64,000 nt of DNA from Abditibacterium sp. (GCA_965199495.1 CBDASK010000003.1:2624001-2688000), one strand, 5' to 3'; shown: positions 1 to 11,331, counted from the first letter of the stretch. Program-made: numbers and translations. Notes: generated by a model not told the origin, from the sequence alone.

Positions 1-479
1 ATAATCAACGCGCGGGGGGCGTGGCTGCTCCGGCGTTCGATAGTGCGAGCGGGCGCCTTTACTGGAATAATGACGAAGGCGAAATCGCCTGTTTAGATGC
101 TATTACCGGACGCGTTGTCTGGCAAAGTGCTTTGATGTCCAACGCGACGATGAGCGTGATGCTGCGCGCGCGCCCGGTTATTTTTGGCGAAAGCGTGATC
201 GTCGGCGGCAACGACGGCGCCCTGCGCTCGCTCAGCACGAGCGACGGCAAACGCCGTTGGACGACGCTTCTGGACGCGCCGATTCGCGCGCTGGACGCGG
301 CCAAAGTCGGCGGGCAACCCGCGATTTTGGCGACGACCGCACGCGAAATCGTGCTGGTTGATGCAGCCACCGGCACCATTATCGGGCGCGACAAAGGTCA
401 AATGGCGTGGCCGATGCCCAATGGGCAAGGTGGCGTTATCGTCGGCAAAAATGGTAAATGGCGTCGCGTGATTTGGTGA
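1..479 (+). CDS. PQQ-binding-like beta-propeller repeat protein (BamB-like), 5'-truncated by window edge
   Basis: Repeated propeller motifs (CLDAITGRVVWQ, LSTSDGKRRWT, LVDAATG); frame is open back to the window start. Confidence 0.7.
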   Translation, partial: NQRAGGVAAPAFDSASGRLYWNNDEGEIACLDAITGRVVWQSALMSNATMSVMLRARPVIFGESVIVGGNDGALRSLSTSDGKRRWTTLLDAPIRALDAAKVGGQPAILATTAREIVLVDAATGTIIGRDKGQMAWPMPNGQGGVIVGKNGKWRRVIW

Positions 480-501
480 AAATAAATCGGGTCGAAATAA
501 A

Positions 502-533
502 AAAGAATAGAACCGATACCGGTTCTATTCTTT
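502..533. terminator. Probable bidirectional intrinsic terminator
   Basis: AAAGAATAGAACCG-ATAC-CGGTTCTATTCTTT perfect hairpin between convergent genes. Confidence 0.75.
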
Positions 534-542
534 CGCTTTGGA

Positions 543-878
543 TTACGCGTTTTTACTCTCTAATTCGGCGCGCATTTTTTCGATTTCCAATAGTAATTTG
601 AAAACTACCTCGACGCCCGCCAGATTAACACCCAAATCCTGCGTTAAATGTTGAATTTTGCGCACACGTTCGATGTCGGCTTCGGTGAATAAGCGCACGT
701 TGTTATCGGTGCGTTGCGGCGCGATTAACCCCATTTTTTCGTAGGTTCGCAGCGTCTGCGGATGGGTTTCGACCATCTCGGCCACGACCGAAATATAATA
801 AAAAGCGCTTTCTTCCTGCGCGTTTGCTTTTGCTTGCGCTGTGCCCTTTTCGTCGGAGTTTGTGTTGGCTTCGCGCAT
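543..878 (-). CDS. hspR: Heat-shock repressor HspR (MerR family)
   Basis: YYISVVAEMVETHPQTLRTYEKMGLIAPQRT...LTQDLGVNLAGV; last gene of dnaK-dnaJ run; GAGGTG RBS. Confidence 0.9.
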   Translation of the reverse strand: MREANTNSDEKGTAQAKANAQEESAFYYISVVAEMVETHPQTLRTYEKMGLIAPQRTDNNVRLFTEADIERVRKIQHLTQDLGVNLAGVEVVFKLLLEIEKMRAELESKNA

Positions 879-905
879 AATTTATCACCTCTGGGGAATT
901 AAAAA

Positions 906-1979
906 TTAGTTCAGACTTTTCGGCAAATGCGAGCGCACATCGTCGGGGCGGAGCGCCGTTAATTCTTCGATTAACTCGGTTTCACGCTCGGTCAAATCTT
1001 TGGGCACGGCGATTTTAATTGTCACCATTTCGTCGCCCGCGTTGCCGCTTTTGGGTTGAATTCCGCGTCCGCTCAACCGAAAGGTTTGGCCGCTTTGCGT
1101 GCCCGCCGGGATTTTCAAAGTGACAGTTCCATCCATCGTCGGCACGGGAATTTGCGCTCCCAGCGCGGCTTCGGCAAACGAAACCGGCACCTCGATTTTG
1201 AGGTTGTTGCCGTCGCGCTTCCAAAACGGATCGGAGCGCACGTTGACGGCCAAATACATATCGCCGTTTGGCCCGCCGCTCGAAGACGACGCGCCCTTGC
1301 CGCTGACTTTTACGCGCGTGCCGCTCGAAACTCCGGCGGGAATTTTTACCGTGACATCACGTTTTTCTTCGCGCCCGTCGTCGCTGCGGATAATCAAGTT
1401 CAAACGTCTTTGCGTGCCCTTGACCGATTCAGCGAACGAAATATCCACCGGTTGCTCGACATCGCCGCCTTTTTGTGGGCCGCGCCGCGCGTTGTTGCCG
1501 CCGCCACGAAAATTGCCGAACAATTCGTTGAACAAATTGCCGCCTTCGCCCTGACTTTGCTGTCCGCGCGCCCCACCGAAACCGCCCGGCATGCCGCCGC
1601 CACGCCCGCCGCTCTGCGCCTGTTGCGCCTGGCGTAGCAATTCTTCGATATCAATGCCGCCCGCGAAACCGCCAGCGCCGGGTTGTCCGCCGGGGTAGCC
1701 ACCGCCATAACCGCCGCCCGATGATGGGCCGGGGCCGCCGGTGTAGCCGGGCGGAATTTTGTCGAAATCTTCGCCCCACTGGTCGTAGAGTTTGCGTTTG
1801 TCGGGGTCGGATAAGACCTGAAACGCTGCGCTAATCTCTTTGAATTTGGCCTCGGCGTTGGGATTATTGGGGTTCACGTCCGGGTGAAACTCGCGCGCCA
1901 ATTTCCGATAAGCGCTTTTAATCGCCTTTTCGTCCACGTCGCGCGCCACTCCGAGCGTCTTGTAAAAATCTTTGGCCAT
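906..1979 (-). CDS. dnaJ: DnaJ-class co-chaperone without zinc finger (type II/CbpA-like)
   Basis: J-domain with HPD, G/F-rich linker, C-terminal domain, no CxxCxGxG repeats; start placed at MAKDFY. Confidence 0.9.
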   Translation of the reverse strand: MAKDFYKTLGVARDVDEKAIKSAYRKLAREFHPDVNPNNPNAEAKFKEISAAFQVLSDPDKRKLYDQWGEDFDKIPPGYTGGPGPSSGGGYGGGYPGGQPGAGGFAGGIDIEELLRQAQQAQSGGRGGGMPGGFGGARGQQSQGEGGNLFNELFGNFRGGGNNARRGPQKGGDVEQPVDISFAESVKGTQRRLNLIIRSDDGREEKRDVTVKIPAGVSSGTRVKVSGKGASSSSGGPNGDMYLAVNVRSDPFWKRDGNNLKIEVPVSFAEAALGAQIPVPTMDGTVTLKIPAGTQSGQTFRLSGRGIQPKSGNAGDEMVTIKIAVPKDLTERETELIEELTALRPDDVRSHLPKSLN

Positions 1980-1985
1980 TTTAGT

Positions 1986-2089
1986 AAGTAGCAAGGGACA
2001 AGGAGCAGGGGACAAGGTGGGGCGAATGAAGCGAACTCATAAAGTTGCGATTTCCATTCCTGTTCCCTGCTCCTTGTCCCTTGCTACTT
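1986..2089. repeat. Intergenic palindrome with heptamer-repeat arms
   Basis: 25-bp perfect inverted repeat (1986-2010 / 2065-2089) built of AGCAAGG/GACAAGG/AGCAGGG units. Confidence 0.85.
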
Positions 2090-2094
2090 GCGCC

Positions 2095-3966
<1,872 letters not shown>

Positions 3967-4058
3967 TTATTTTTCATTTCTCCCGTTGATTTTGAGTCTG
4001 AGTGACACGCCTGTTCAACCAGCCACGCGCACCTCAAACCAGCAGCTTTCGCCTTGTC

Positions 4059-4074
4059 GCAAGAGCAGTGCCGA
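4059..4074 (-). promoter_or_regulatory. Possible sigma-54 -24/-12 element (or degenerate CIRCE half-site) upstream of dnaK
   Basis: Minus strand TCGGCAC-TGCTC-TTGC: GG-N10-GC spacing, oriented toward dnaK. Confidence 0.35.
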
Positions 4075-4100
4075 TTTATTTTTATAAAGGTGTGGTCGAG

Positions 4101-4121
4101 GTTGAGTGTAATGCACTTAAC
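4101..4121. promoter_or_regulatory. HAIR operator (HspR-associated inverted repeat)
   Basis: GTTGAGT-GTAATGC-ACTTAAC versus consensus CTTGAGT-N7-ACTCAAG, upstream of an operon encoding HspR. Confidence 0.8.
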
Positions 4122-4123
4122 TA

Positions 4124-4149
4124 AACGACTGGTTTGTGTGAGCGGTTCC
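4124..4149 (-). promoter_or_regulatory. ECF-sigma-type promoter for dnaK
   Basis: Minus strand GGAAC-N17-CGTT directly upstream of the HAIR. Confidence 0.65.
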
Positions 4150-4160
4150 AACGTTTATTA

Positions 4161-4305
4161 GCCACCAAGAGCACCAAGAAGACACCAAGGGCCACTAAAG
4201 AAGAGAAATGAAATTTAGAACGGAATCGCTTGAAATATGCTTTGTGGTTTGAGTTGCTTCGTTCTTCTTTGTGCCCCTTGGTGTCTTCTTGGTGTTCTTC
4301 TTGGC
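4161..4305. repeat. Intergenic long palindrome with CACCAAG-repeat arms
   Basis: About 44-bp imperfect inverted arms (4161-4204 / 4263-4305). Confidence 0.8.
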
Positions 4306-4314
4306 CAAAAACAA

Positions 4315-4348
4315 AAACCGCGCTTTTCAGTGAAGAAAAGCGCGGTTT
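4315..4348 (-). terminator. Intrinsic terminator of the small Zn-ribbon gene
   Basis: AAACCGCGCTTTTC-N6-GAAAAGCGCGGTTT, T-tract on minus strand. Confidence 0.75.
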
Positions 4349-4372
4349 GAGGTCAAACTCGTAAATTTAAAT

Positions 4373-4558
4373 TTACGAATCGCTGGACGCGGAATCGGGC
4401 AAACCGACGTTTTGCGACCAGACGGGCACGACATTATAGGTGGTCTCGCCGAAGCAACGGCGGCATACCAGGGGGGCTTTACGCATGGCGATGGCGCCGA
4501 ACGCGGTTTTCACCGGCTGGCCGCACATCGAGCAGTTTTGTTGGGTTTTTGTTGACAT
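4373..4558 (-). CDS. Small putative zinc-ribbon protein (61 aa)
   Basis: CSMC...CRRC; GAGGTG RBS before ATG; own terminator. Confidence 0.65.
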   Translation of the reverse strand: MSTKTQQNCSMCGQPVKTAFGAIAMRKAPLVCRRCFGETTYNVVPVWSQNVGLPDSASSDS

Positions 4559-4597
4559 CTCACACCTCGCTTGCATTGGGTTGGGGTTGCACAGCAG

Positions 4598-4622
4598 GAC
4601 GGAAAGGCTAACGCGACGTTCC
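4598..4622 (-). promoter_or_regulatory. Possible ECF-sigma promoter
   Basis: Minus strand GGAAC-N16-CGTC about 40 nt upstream of the small ORF start. Confidence 0.45.
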
Positions 4623-4787
4623 GGGCGCGGCAAGGTTTAGCAGGGTCAAATTTTGTGGTTAGAGTTCTCATATTGGCTCGAAAACTCGGTTTTTTTGCCA
4701 ATGCGCCGCGTAATTACGGTAATATCAGGGGTGTTTCGCGCTTTGCTTTGGCCGTTTTCGGCGAGCTTTTCGCCCGAAATTTTTCTT

Positions 4788-6095
4788 ATGAGAATCGTCT
4801 CAATCACTCGCTATTTGTTTTGCGTTGCGCTTTTGATGTGTTTGTGTTTTGCGCCCGCAACTCTGGCCCAAACTGCCGCACCGGCGACAAATGCAGCCAC
4901 GCCGCCTTCAACATCCGCTTCGGCGTCGGTTCAGATTGGCGGACGCGAACTCTTCAGCGTGACGGGCGCCGATCAGACCGAAGCCTTGCAGCGCGCCGAT
5001 TTGATCAATGGGCGTTTGCAGCGTTTGATCGAGCGCGCCGATAAAGTGCCGCGTTGGAACGCCACGGACTTGCAAACGCGCAATGGCGCGCCGACGATTA
5101 TTCTGGGCGGCGAAGAGATTCTCTCGATTTCGCCCTCGGACGCCGCCGCCAACGACATGACCGTCCCGCAACTCGCGCAGGAGTGGGGCTACTCGCTTTC
5201 GAGCGCGGTGCGCGCCACGCGCGTCACGCACGGCAGCCCATTTTCGGGCATCGCCGTGACGGTGGCTGGTTCGATTACACAGCTCATTTTAAATATTGTC
5301 GCGTGGTTTCCCCGCTTGTTGGGCGCGCTGTTGCTGGCGATTCTGTTCTGGTTTTTCGCGCGCGGCGTGCGCGCTTTGGCCCGGCGCGCGACACGCAATT
5401 CGCACTTCGATCCCAACTTGCAACAGCTCGTTCTGGCGCTGTCGTTTTATGGCGTGTGGGCGCTGGGTTTCTTGGCGATTTTGTCGGCGCTGGGCGTGGA
5501 TAGTTCCAGCATCGCGGCGACCGTCGGCGTTTCGGGTTTCGTGCTGGGTTTCGCCTTTAAAGACGTGTTGTCCCACTTTTTCGCCGGTTTGATGCTATTG
5601 TCCAGTCGCCAACTGACGATTGGCGGGCAAATCGTGATTAAAGATTTCGAGGGCACCGTCGAGGCGATAGACCTGCGCGCGACGCGTTTGCGCCTGTTCG
5701 ACGGGCGCATGGTCACGATTCCCAACGGCGACGTTTTCAATTCGGCGGTCATTTCCAACACGGCCAGCCCGATGCGGCGCCGCGAATTTCACGTCTCGAT
5801 TGGCCTCGAAGACGACGCGCGCGAGGCGATTGAACTCGCCACCAAAACCGTCGAAGGCGTCGAGGGCGTGCTGAGCGAACCCGCCGTCAAAGTCGTCGCC
5901 AGCGATTTGAACGCGCCCGTCGGCATGGGCGTTTCGTCGGTCGAATTGCAAATCATGTTTCACGTCGCCAGCGACAATCCGCGCTACTTCGATATTTTGA
6001 GCGAGTGCATTCTGCGCGTCAAAAGCGAATTCGAGAAAGCGGGCATTACCATGCCCAGCAACGCCGCCGCGCCGAGTAGCGCGGCGAAAGATTGA
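4788..6095 (+). CDS. mscS: Small-conductance mechanosensitive channel (MscS family) with N-terminal periplasmic domain
   Basis: Signal peptide; GFVLGFAFKDVLSHFFAG; GTVEAIDLRATRLRLFDGRMVTIPN. Confidence 0.9.
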   Translation: MRIVSITRYLFCVALLMCLCFAPATLAQTAAPATNAATPPSTSASASVQIGGRELFSVTGADQTEALQRADLINGRLQRLIERADKVPRWNATDLQTRNGAPTIILGGEEILSISPSDAAANDMTVPQLAQEWGYSLSSAVRATRVTHGSPFSGIAVTVAGSITQLILNIVAWFPRLLGALLLAILFWFFARGVRALARRATRNSHFDPNLQQLVLALSFYGVWALGFLAILSALGVDSSSIAATVGVSGFVLGFAFKDVLSHFFAGLMLLSSRQLTIGGQIVIKDFEGTVEAIDLRATRLRLFDGRMVTIPNGDVFNSAVISNTASPMRRREFHVSIGLEDDAREAIELATKTVEGVEGVLSEPAVKVVASDLNAPVGMGVSSVELQIMFHVASDNPRYFDILSECILRVKSEFEKAGITMPSNAAAPSSAAKD

Positions 6096-6120
6096 AATTC
6101 CGTTCTCAAGCGGGCACTTC

Positions 6121-6451
6121 GCTTCGAGCGGGGCTGGCGCCCAATGGCATTGCATTAAAGTGGAGGGCACTATGACTCACACCCGTGAAGGTTTGGCCGG
6201 AATGAGTCAGTTGGTGGCCATTAAAGTGGAGGGCAGTATGACTCACACCCCCACTGCCTTCGGCATCTCCCCCTCCGAGAGGGGAAGAATGCCTCATAAA
6301 GTAAAAGAGCTTGCTTAGTCAATGCGAAGTGGCGAAATAACTGAGGCATTCTTCCCCTCTCGGAGGGGGAGATGCCGAAGGCAGTGGGGGTGTGAGTCAT
6401 ACTGCCCTCCACTTTAATGCAATGCCATTGGGCGCCAGCCCCGCTCGAAGC
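6121..6451. repeat. Nested REPIN-like palindrome (family A core inside an outer GCGGGGCTGGCGCCC arm)
   Basis: Arm 6219-6296 pairs with 6342-6419; outer arm 6121-6152 pairs with 6420-6451; a 32-bp segment is directly duplicated on the left. Confidence 0.9.
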
Positions 6452-6454
6452 AAT

Positions 6455-7459
6455 TTACACCGCGCTCAACCAAGCGCGATAAACCACGCCGTCTTCGCGT
6501 AATTTGAGCGTCGCTCCCAACGCGTGCAAACCCGCATCGAGCGCGATTTGCGCTTCGGGCGTGCCGATAATTTCCGGTTCCAACAAACGCTGCAAATTGA
6601 ATTCGAGCCAGATAATCCATTTGCCCAGAACGCCGTCAACCGCCGTTTCCAATGCAGCTACGTCGAGCGCATTGGCGCTGCGATAGCCGTCGAAAAACGC
6701 CGCGAAGCTGGCTTTGTCGGGCGCGCCCGCCGATTGTCCGGCCCAACTCAAACCTGCGCCCATCGCTTCCAATGCCGGATGAATCGGTTTGGCGTTTTCC
6801 CAATCCAAAATCGTCGGGTTTTCGTTCTGCCACAACACGTTTTTCTGGTCGAAATCCAAATGGCCCGTCACCCAATTTTCGCGCAGTTGACACTGCGCGC
6901 GCATCGCCAAATCGTTGGCCTCTTCGATTTCGTTCAACGCGTTTGCGAGCGGTTCGGCAAACGGCGCGTTTTGTTCTTTGGCGCGCGTTAAAATCGCGCG
7001 GAAATGCCCGCGCTCGAACGCTTCGGGCGTCGGCTCGTTTTGGCCCGCAAAACGGATTTTGAGCGCGTGCAACGCGCCCAAATGCGCCCCCATTTGTTTG
7101 CAACGCGGCGGCGTGGCTGGAGTGGGCGGCAAAGTTTGACCGTCAATCCACGGATACAGCGAAATCCACTGCGCGCCGACGTTTTGCAAAAATTGGCCGT
7201 TCATGCCGCGCATCGCCGCTAACGCCGGAATGCCGTGTTGCGCGGCCATGCTCGCCAGCGTTTCGGCTTGCTCCAGGCGCGCGCGCGCGTCCGCCGTGGC
7301 TGTTGCGCGCGGCGACCACAATTTCAACGCGTAAATTGAATCGGCGGTTTGCACGCGCAGCAAACGGTGCGTCAAACCGCCCGCGACAAATTCGGCGTTT
7401 TGGGGCGCTTCGATGTCGAAGAGCGGCAGGGCAGAGCGGGCAATTTCAAGGGTTGTCAT
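6455..7459 (-). CDS. Aminoglycoside phosphotransferase/homoserine kinase type II family kinase
   Basis: YALK, HLDFDQKNVL (HxDxxxxN) and ILDWE motifs. Confidence 0.8.
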   Translation of the reverse strand: MTTLEIARSALPLFDIEAPQNAEFVAGGLTHRLLRVQTADSIYALKLWSPRATATADARARLEQAETLASMAAQHGIPALAAMRGMNGQFLQNVGAQWISLYPWIDGQTLPPTPATPPRCKQMGAHLGALHALKIRFAGQNEPTPEAFERGHFRAILTRAKEQNAPFAEPLANALNEIEEANDLAMRAQCQLRENWVTGHLDFDQKNVLWQNENPTILDWENAKPIHPALEAMGAGLSWAGQSAGAPDKASFAAFFDGYRSANALDVAALETAVDGVLGKWIIWLEFNLQRLLEPEIIGTPEAQIALDAGLHALGATLKLREDGVVYRAWLSAV

Positions 7460-7549
7460 GGGTAGAAAAGCGCCGAGTTTTAAGGCAAACTGAAACGCGA
7501 AAAGCCCGCCCTTATACGCAGATTAGAAACCGCGAGCGCCGTAAACCCA

Positions 7550-8653
7550 GTGAATTCCCCTTTATTTTATTCGACTCCGGCGCGCGCCCTCAAAGCCAGC
7601 GTAATTATCCCCGCGCGCGATGAAGCCACCGGCCTCTGCGCCACGCTCGACGCCCTCGCCGCGCAACGCGATTTGAACGACGAACCGCTCGCGCCCGATA
7701 GCTTTGAAATTTTATTGTTGGCCAACAATTGCCGCGACAACACGGCACATTTGGCGCGCGCGTGGGCGGCGCGCCATCCGCAAATTCGAGTTGAAATCGC
7801 CGAAATCGAATGGGATGCCGAGCGCGCTTGCGTCGGCCACGCGCGCCGTACTTTGATGGACGCGGCGTGTGCGCGCTTCCAATCTTTGCCCGCCACCGAA
7901 GCGCCGCGCGCGATTTGTTCGACCGACGCCGACACGCGCGTTTCGCCGTTTTGGATCGCGCACACGCTCGAAGAACTGCGCATCGGCGCCGATGCCGTGG
8001 GCGGTCGCATTTTGCTCCGTCGCGAACCGCGCGATGCAACGCGCCAAACGTATCTGTTCGATACCGCTTATCGTCTGTTGCGCGCGCGTTTGGAAAGCGC
8101 CATTGACCCGCAAATCGGCGATTTATGGCCGCGTCACTTTCAGTTTTTCGGCGCCTCGCTGGCGATTCGCCCCGAAATTTACGCGCACATCGGCGGCTTG
8201 CCCGCCGTGCGCTGTCTCGAAGATATGGCGCTCGAAACCGAGTTGATTAAGCGCGATTTGGTCGTGCGCCATTCGCCCAACGTCGTGGCGCTGACCTCGG
8301 CGCGGCGCAGTGGCCGCGTCGAAACCGGGCTTTCGACGCAACTGCAAGAATGGGAACAGTCCAACGGGTTTTGGCTGGTGCCATCGGGCGGCGAAATCGC
8401 CGCGCGCGCCCGACTCAAACGCTCGCTGCGCGCGCCGTTCGCTGCCAAACGTAATGTTTCGATTCAGCTCGCCGATGATTTGAACTTGACGGTTTTCGAT
8501 TTGAATGCGCGCATCGAAGCGGCCCCAACTTTCGGAGTTCTCTGGCTTTCTATCGAGGAACATTTAAATCACAGCGTGTCGCAATTGCCCGTCGAAGTCG
8601 CTGTTGCGTTGGCGCAACTGCGCGCGATGTTGGGCGGGCGCGCGGAAAAATAG
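7550..8653 (+). CDS. Glycosyltransferase family 2
   Basis: VIIPARDE, NNCRDNT, STDADT (DxD), GGLP..RCLED. Confidence 0.85.
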   Translation: MNSPLFYSTPARALKASVIIPARDEATGLCATLDALAAQRDLNDEPLAPDSFEILLLANNCRDNTAHLARAWAARHPQIRVEIAEIEWDAERACVGHARRTLMDAACARFQSLPATEAPRAICSTDADTRVSPFWIAHTLEELRIGADAVGGRILLRREPRDATRQTYLFDTAYRLLRARLESAIDPQIGDLWPRHFQFFGASLAIRPEIYAHIGGLPAVRCLEDMALETELIKRDLVVRHSPNVVALTSARRSGRVETGLSTQLQEWEQSNGFWLVPSGGEIAARARLKRSLRAPFAAKRNVSIQLADDLNLTVFDLNARIEAAPTFGVLWLSIEEHLNHSVSQLPVEVAVALAQLRAMLGGRAEK

Positions 8654-8657
8654 AGTT

Positions 8658-9230
8658 TTAAACGCGCCGAAAACAATCCAAACGATAACGCTCCGCGCGC
8701 AAACCGCGCAAATGTTCTAATTCCGGCAATTGCAAAAAGAACTCGTGAACCTCGTCGCCCGTAAGCGGATAATCGGGCACATTGGGCAGATAATGCACGA
8801 GCATCAAATCGCCGCCGCTTTCGAGCGCATCCAACACGCGCTCGCTTAACCGTTTCAAATCGGGCAAAGCGAAATAATAGCCGACTTCGCTCATCAAAAT
8901 CAAATCGAATTTTCTACCGGGAAATTCGTCCGGCAAAGTCGCGCGCTCGATTTCAACGTTCGCCAAATCGGCGCACCTCGCGCGCGCGGCGTCTACGGCG
9001 ATTTGCGCGGCGTCCACGCTCAGCAATTGGTCGGCGCGCGCCGCTAACAATCGCGTCAATACACCAATCGAGCCGCCCAGTTCGAGCGCGTTTCGATAAC
9101 GCTCGCGCGGCAAATTTTCGAGCGTGACGGCGTATTTTTGGTGTTCGTAGTCTTTGGTCGCGAAGTGCCACGGATCGGCATCGCGCTGGTAAAGTTCGTC
9201 GAAATAAGCGCGCGGTAAAGTCGGTTTCAT
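8658..9230 (-). CDS. NodS-like SAM-dependent methyltransferase
   Basis: YFDELY..DADPW, YE..KY, LELGGSIG, FDLILMSEVGYY. Confidence 0.85.
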   Translation of the reverse strand: MKPTLPRAYFDELYQRDADPWHFATKDYEHQKYAVTLENLPRERYRNALELGGSIGVLTRLLAARADQLLSVDAAQIAVDAARARCADLANVEIERATLPDEFPGRKFDLILMSEVGYYFALPDLKRLSERVLDALESGGDLMLVHYLPNVPDYPLTGDEVHEFFLQLPELEHLRGLRAERYRLDCFRRV

Positions 9231-9233
9231 CGA

Positions 9234-9998
9234 TTAATCCTCGAACTCTGGTTTGTCCGCTAATCCCTGTTCGGGCGCGTTATCGAATGGACGAATCCAG
9301 TTCTCGAATGGGCCAGCGAAGTGACTCAAAACTTCGGACGACAATCGAAACGCCGTCGGATCGTCGTCAATTAAATCCGAAATCTGCGATTGATGCGCTT
9401 CAATCGCCGCGCGCTTGCGAGCAGCCACGGCCCCGATGTCCACGCGAAACGCGGTGGCTTCGTCGGCGCGCGGCCACTCGTTTTGCGTGGCGCGCTCGAA
9501 CGCCCACACCAAATATTCGTAGCGCTGCAACGTGTGATTACGCGCGGCAGTTGACCAAAGGAGCCAACTCGCGCGATGGTCGCGATGCGGGTCGCGGCGC
9601 CACGGCAGCAACAGCGTTTGCGGCGCGAACTCGACCAAAATATCATGCGCCGACTTCACGGCTTCATCGAACCCGTCGTCGCCGGGAAACGGCAACGCGC
9701 CATCGGGCAATCGTTGAAAAAATGTTTGTTTCGCGCCCAAAACCTGCGCCGAATTGCGCGCCTCTGTTTCGCGCAACTCCGCCAACTTCGCGCGCGGGTG
9801 CGACGGCGAATTGGGATGCGACAACCCGCCATCTGAAACCCACGCGATGCCAACGCGCGCGCCATTTCGTGACAATTGCGCCAACGTGCCGCCGCAACCC
9901 AACGCCTCGTCGTCGGGATGGGGCGCGACGCATAAAGTCGCGCCCCAATTGTCAATGGTTTCGAGGGGCGCGTTGAAAATTTCGAGCGGTTTCATCAT
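9234..9998 (-). CDS. PIG-L/LmbE family deacetylase
   Basis: APHPDDEALGCGG, DPHRDH, K..AI.AH.SQ. Confidence 0.9.
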   Translation of the reverse strand: MMKPLEIFNAPLETIDNWGATLCVAPHPDDEALGCGGTLAQLSRNGARVGIAWVSDGGLSHPNSPSHPRAKLAELRETEARNSAQVLGAKQTFFQRLPDGALPFPGDDGFDEAVKSAHDILVEFAPQTLLLPWRRDPHRDHRASWLLWSTAARNHTLQRYEYLVWAFERATQNEWPRADEATAFRVDIGAVAARKRAAIEAHQSQISDLIDDDPTAFRLSSEVLSHFAGPFENWIRPFDNAPEQGLADKPEFED

Positions 9999-10007
9999 TT
10001 GATGCGG

Positions 10008-10101
10008 CTTTCAGCGTTTGCGGGGCTGACGCCCTCTTCCAATCTTTATCCAGTAAAATCCTGAGATTGGAAGAGGGCGTCAGCCCCGCAAACGCTGAAA
10101 G
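10008..10101. repeat. REP-like palindrome, family D
   Basis: 38-bp perfect inverted repeat with 18-nt spacer; related copy at 32429-32503. Confidence 0.9.
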
Positions 10102-10111
10102 TACCAAAAAT

Positions 10112-11224
10112 CTACACCACTGTCTCCTTCCACAATTCATCCGCGCGCGCGTCCGATTCAAGCGCGAAACGTCCGACACGACCGGGGATTTCGTCGAGAT
10201 GCGGTTGTTTCAAATACATCGTTAGATCGCGCGTCATCCGCTCGAACGATTCGGTTTTCATCAATCCGCGCGCGCCCACGCTTTGTTCGCACAACTGCAT
10301 TGTTTCGAGGCAAATTTCTTCGGTCGCCAGCCGCATCATCGCCGCGAACGCCACCATTTGGCTCGCCGTGGCTGCATCGCACGCCCAAAGGTTTTCGCCC
10401 AAATCGTCCCACATCTGCGCCGCGCTACGGAGCCATTGCCAGCCGCTTTGCACTTTCATCGTCATACGCCCGACGCGCGCTTGCTGCCATACATCATCGG
10501 CCCGCCCAGCATCGCGCAGAAAACGCCGCGTTTGTTCGGCAATCGCCGCCGCGCCGCCCAACTGCACCGCGCAAAACCGGATCGCGCCGCCCGAAAACGC
10601 CGGTTGGCGATAATAATCGTCCGCCGCGCCCAGCAAATCATCGGCTTGTAAAGTCGTGCCGCCGAAATCAACGGCAAACGAAGCCGAGGCGCGCATTCCC
10701 ATCGGTTGCCACCAACTGCGATCAATTTCCATGTGCGCGTTTTCCGTCGGCACGACCGCCATTTGCCAGCCGCCATCGGCTAATTCGCCCGTCACAATCG
10801 GACGCGTGACGTTGCCCGCGCCCGAACAGAACGTTTTGGCGCCGCGCATTTCGATGCTGTTTTCCTTCGCGTCGAAATGGATACCGTCATTCGCCTGCGT
10901 ATTCCAGACGGCGAAAATTCGCCCGGCATCCGCTTCGGCGAAATAGCGCGATTTTTGTTGCGGCGTGCCGAACCACTGAACCAACTGCAGCGCGTTGATG
11001 TGGCCTTCATACAAACGTCCGACGGCCAGATTGCCGCGTCCGACGTGCCACAAAGTTTGAAGCAAATCGAGCGTTGGTAATTGGATAACTTCGGCTTTCA
11101 ATAATCCGGCTTCGGTCAAATAACGGAATTCTTGGGTGGGAAAAGCGCCTTCGTGGTCAATAGCGGCGGCGTTTTCGAGCAGACACGGCGCGAGAGCGGC
11201 GGCGCGCGCGGGCAAATCAAACAT
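10112..11224 (-). CDS. Acyl-CoA dehydrogenase-like protein
   Basis: GRLYEGH.NA, GAKTFCSGA, W..MGMRASAS, ER..RDL..YL; start placed at MFDLP. Confidence 0.85.
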   Translation of the reverse strand: MFDLPARAAALAPCLLENAAAIDHEGAFPTQEFRYLTEAGLLKAEVIQLPTLDLLQTLWHVGRGNLAVGRLYEGHINALQLVQWFGTPQQKSRYFAEADAGRIFAVWNTQANDGIHFDAKENSIEMRGAKTFCSGAGNVTRPIVTGELADGGWQMAVVPTENAHMEIDRSWWQPMGMRASASFAVDFGGTTLQADDLLGAADDYYRQPAFSGGAIRFCAVQLGGAAAIAEQTRRFLRDAGRADDVWQQARVGRMTMKVQSGWQWLRSAAQMWDDLGENLWACDAATASQMVAFAAMMRLATEEICLETMQLCEQSVGARGLMKTESFERMTRDLTMYLKQPHLDEIPGRVGRFALESDARADELWKETVV

Positions 11225-11331
11225 CGCGGCGCGTGTTGGCAATTGGCGCGCCACAATGCGCGCGGGGAAAACCCGCCAAATGCGGTTTCTGCGCCGCCGT
11301 GGCTTGGGTCTTGCCCGTTGACCCGGCTCCT

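Noticed and set aside
4048..4074. CIRCE element upstream of dnaK
   Set aside because: Only 6/9 and 5/9 matches to the consensus arms; the HAIR is far better supported
6106..6412. Short ORFs with SSPLGGGDAEGSGG / THTPTAFGISPSERG peptides, recurring near 35234 and 53587-54090
   Set aside because: Translations of the family A palindrome, not a protein family
6455..7459. Kinase as an antibiotic-resistance gene
   Set aside because: APH-like fold only; no mobile context or specific similarity to a resistance enzyme
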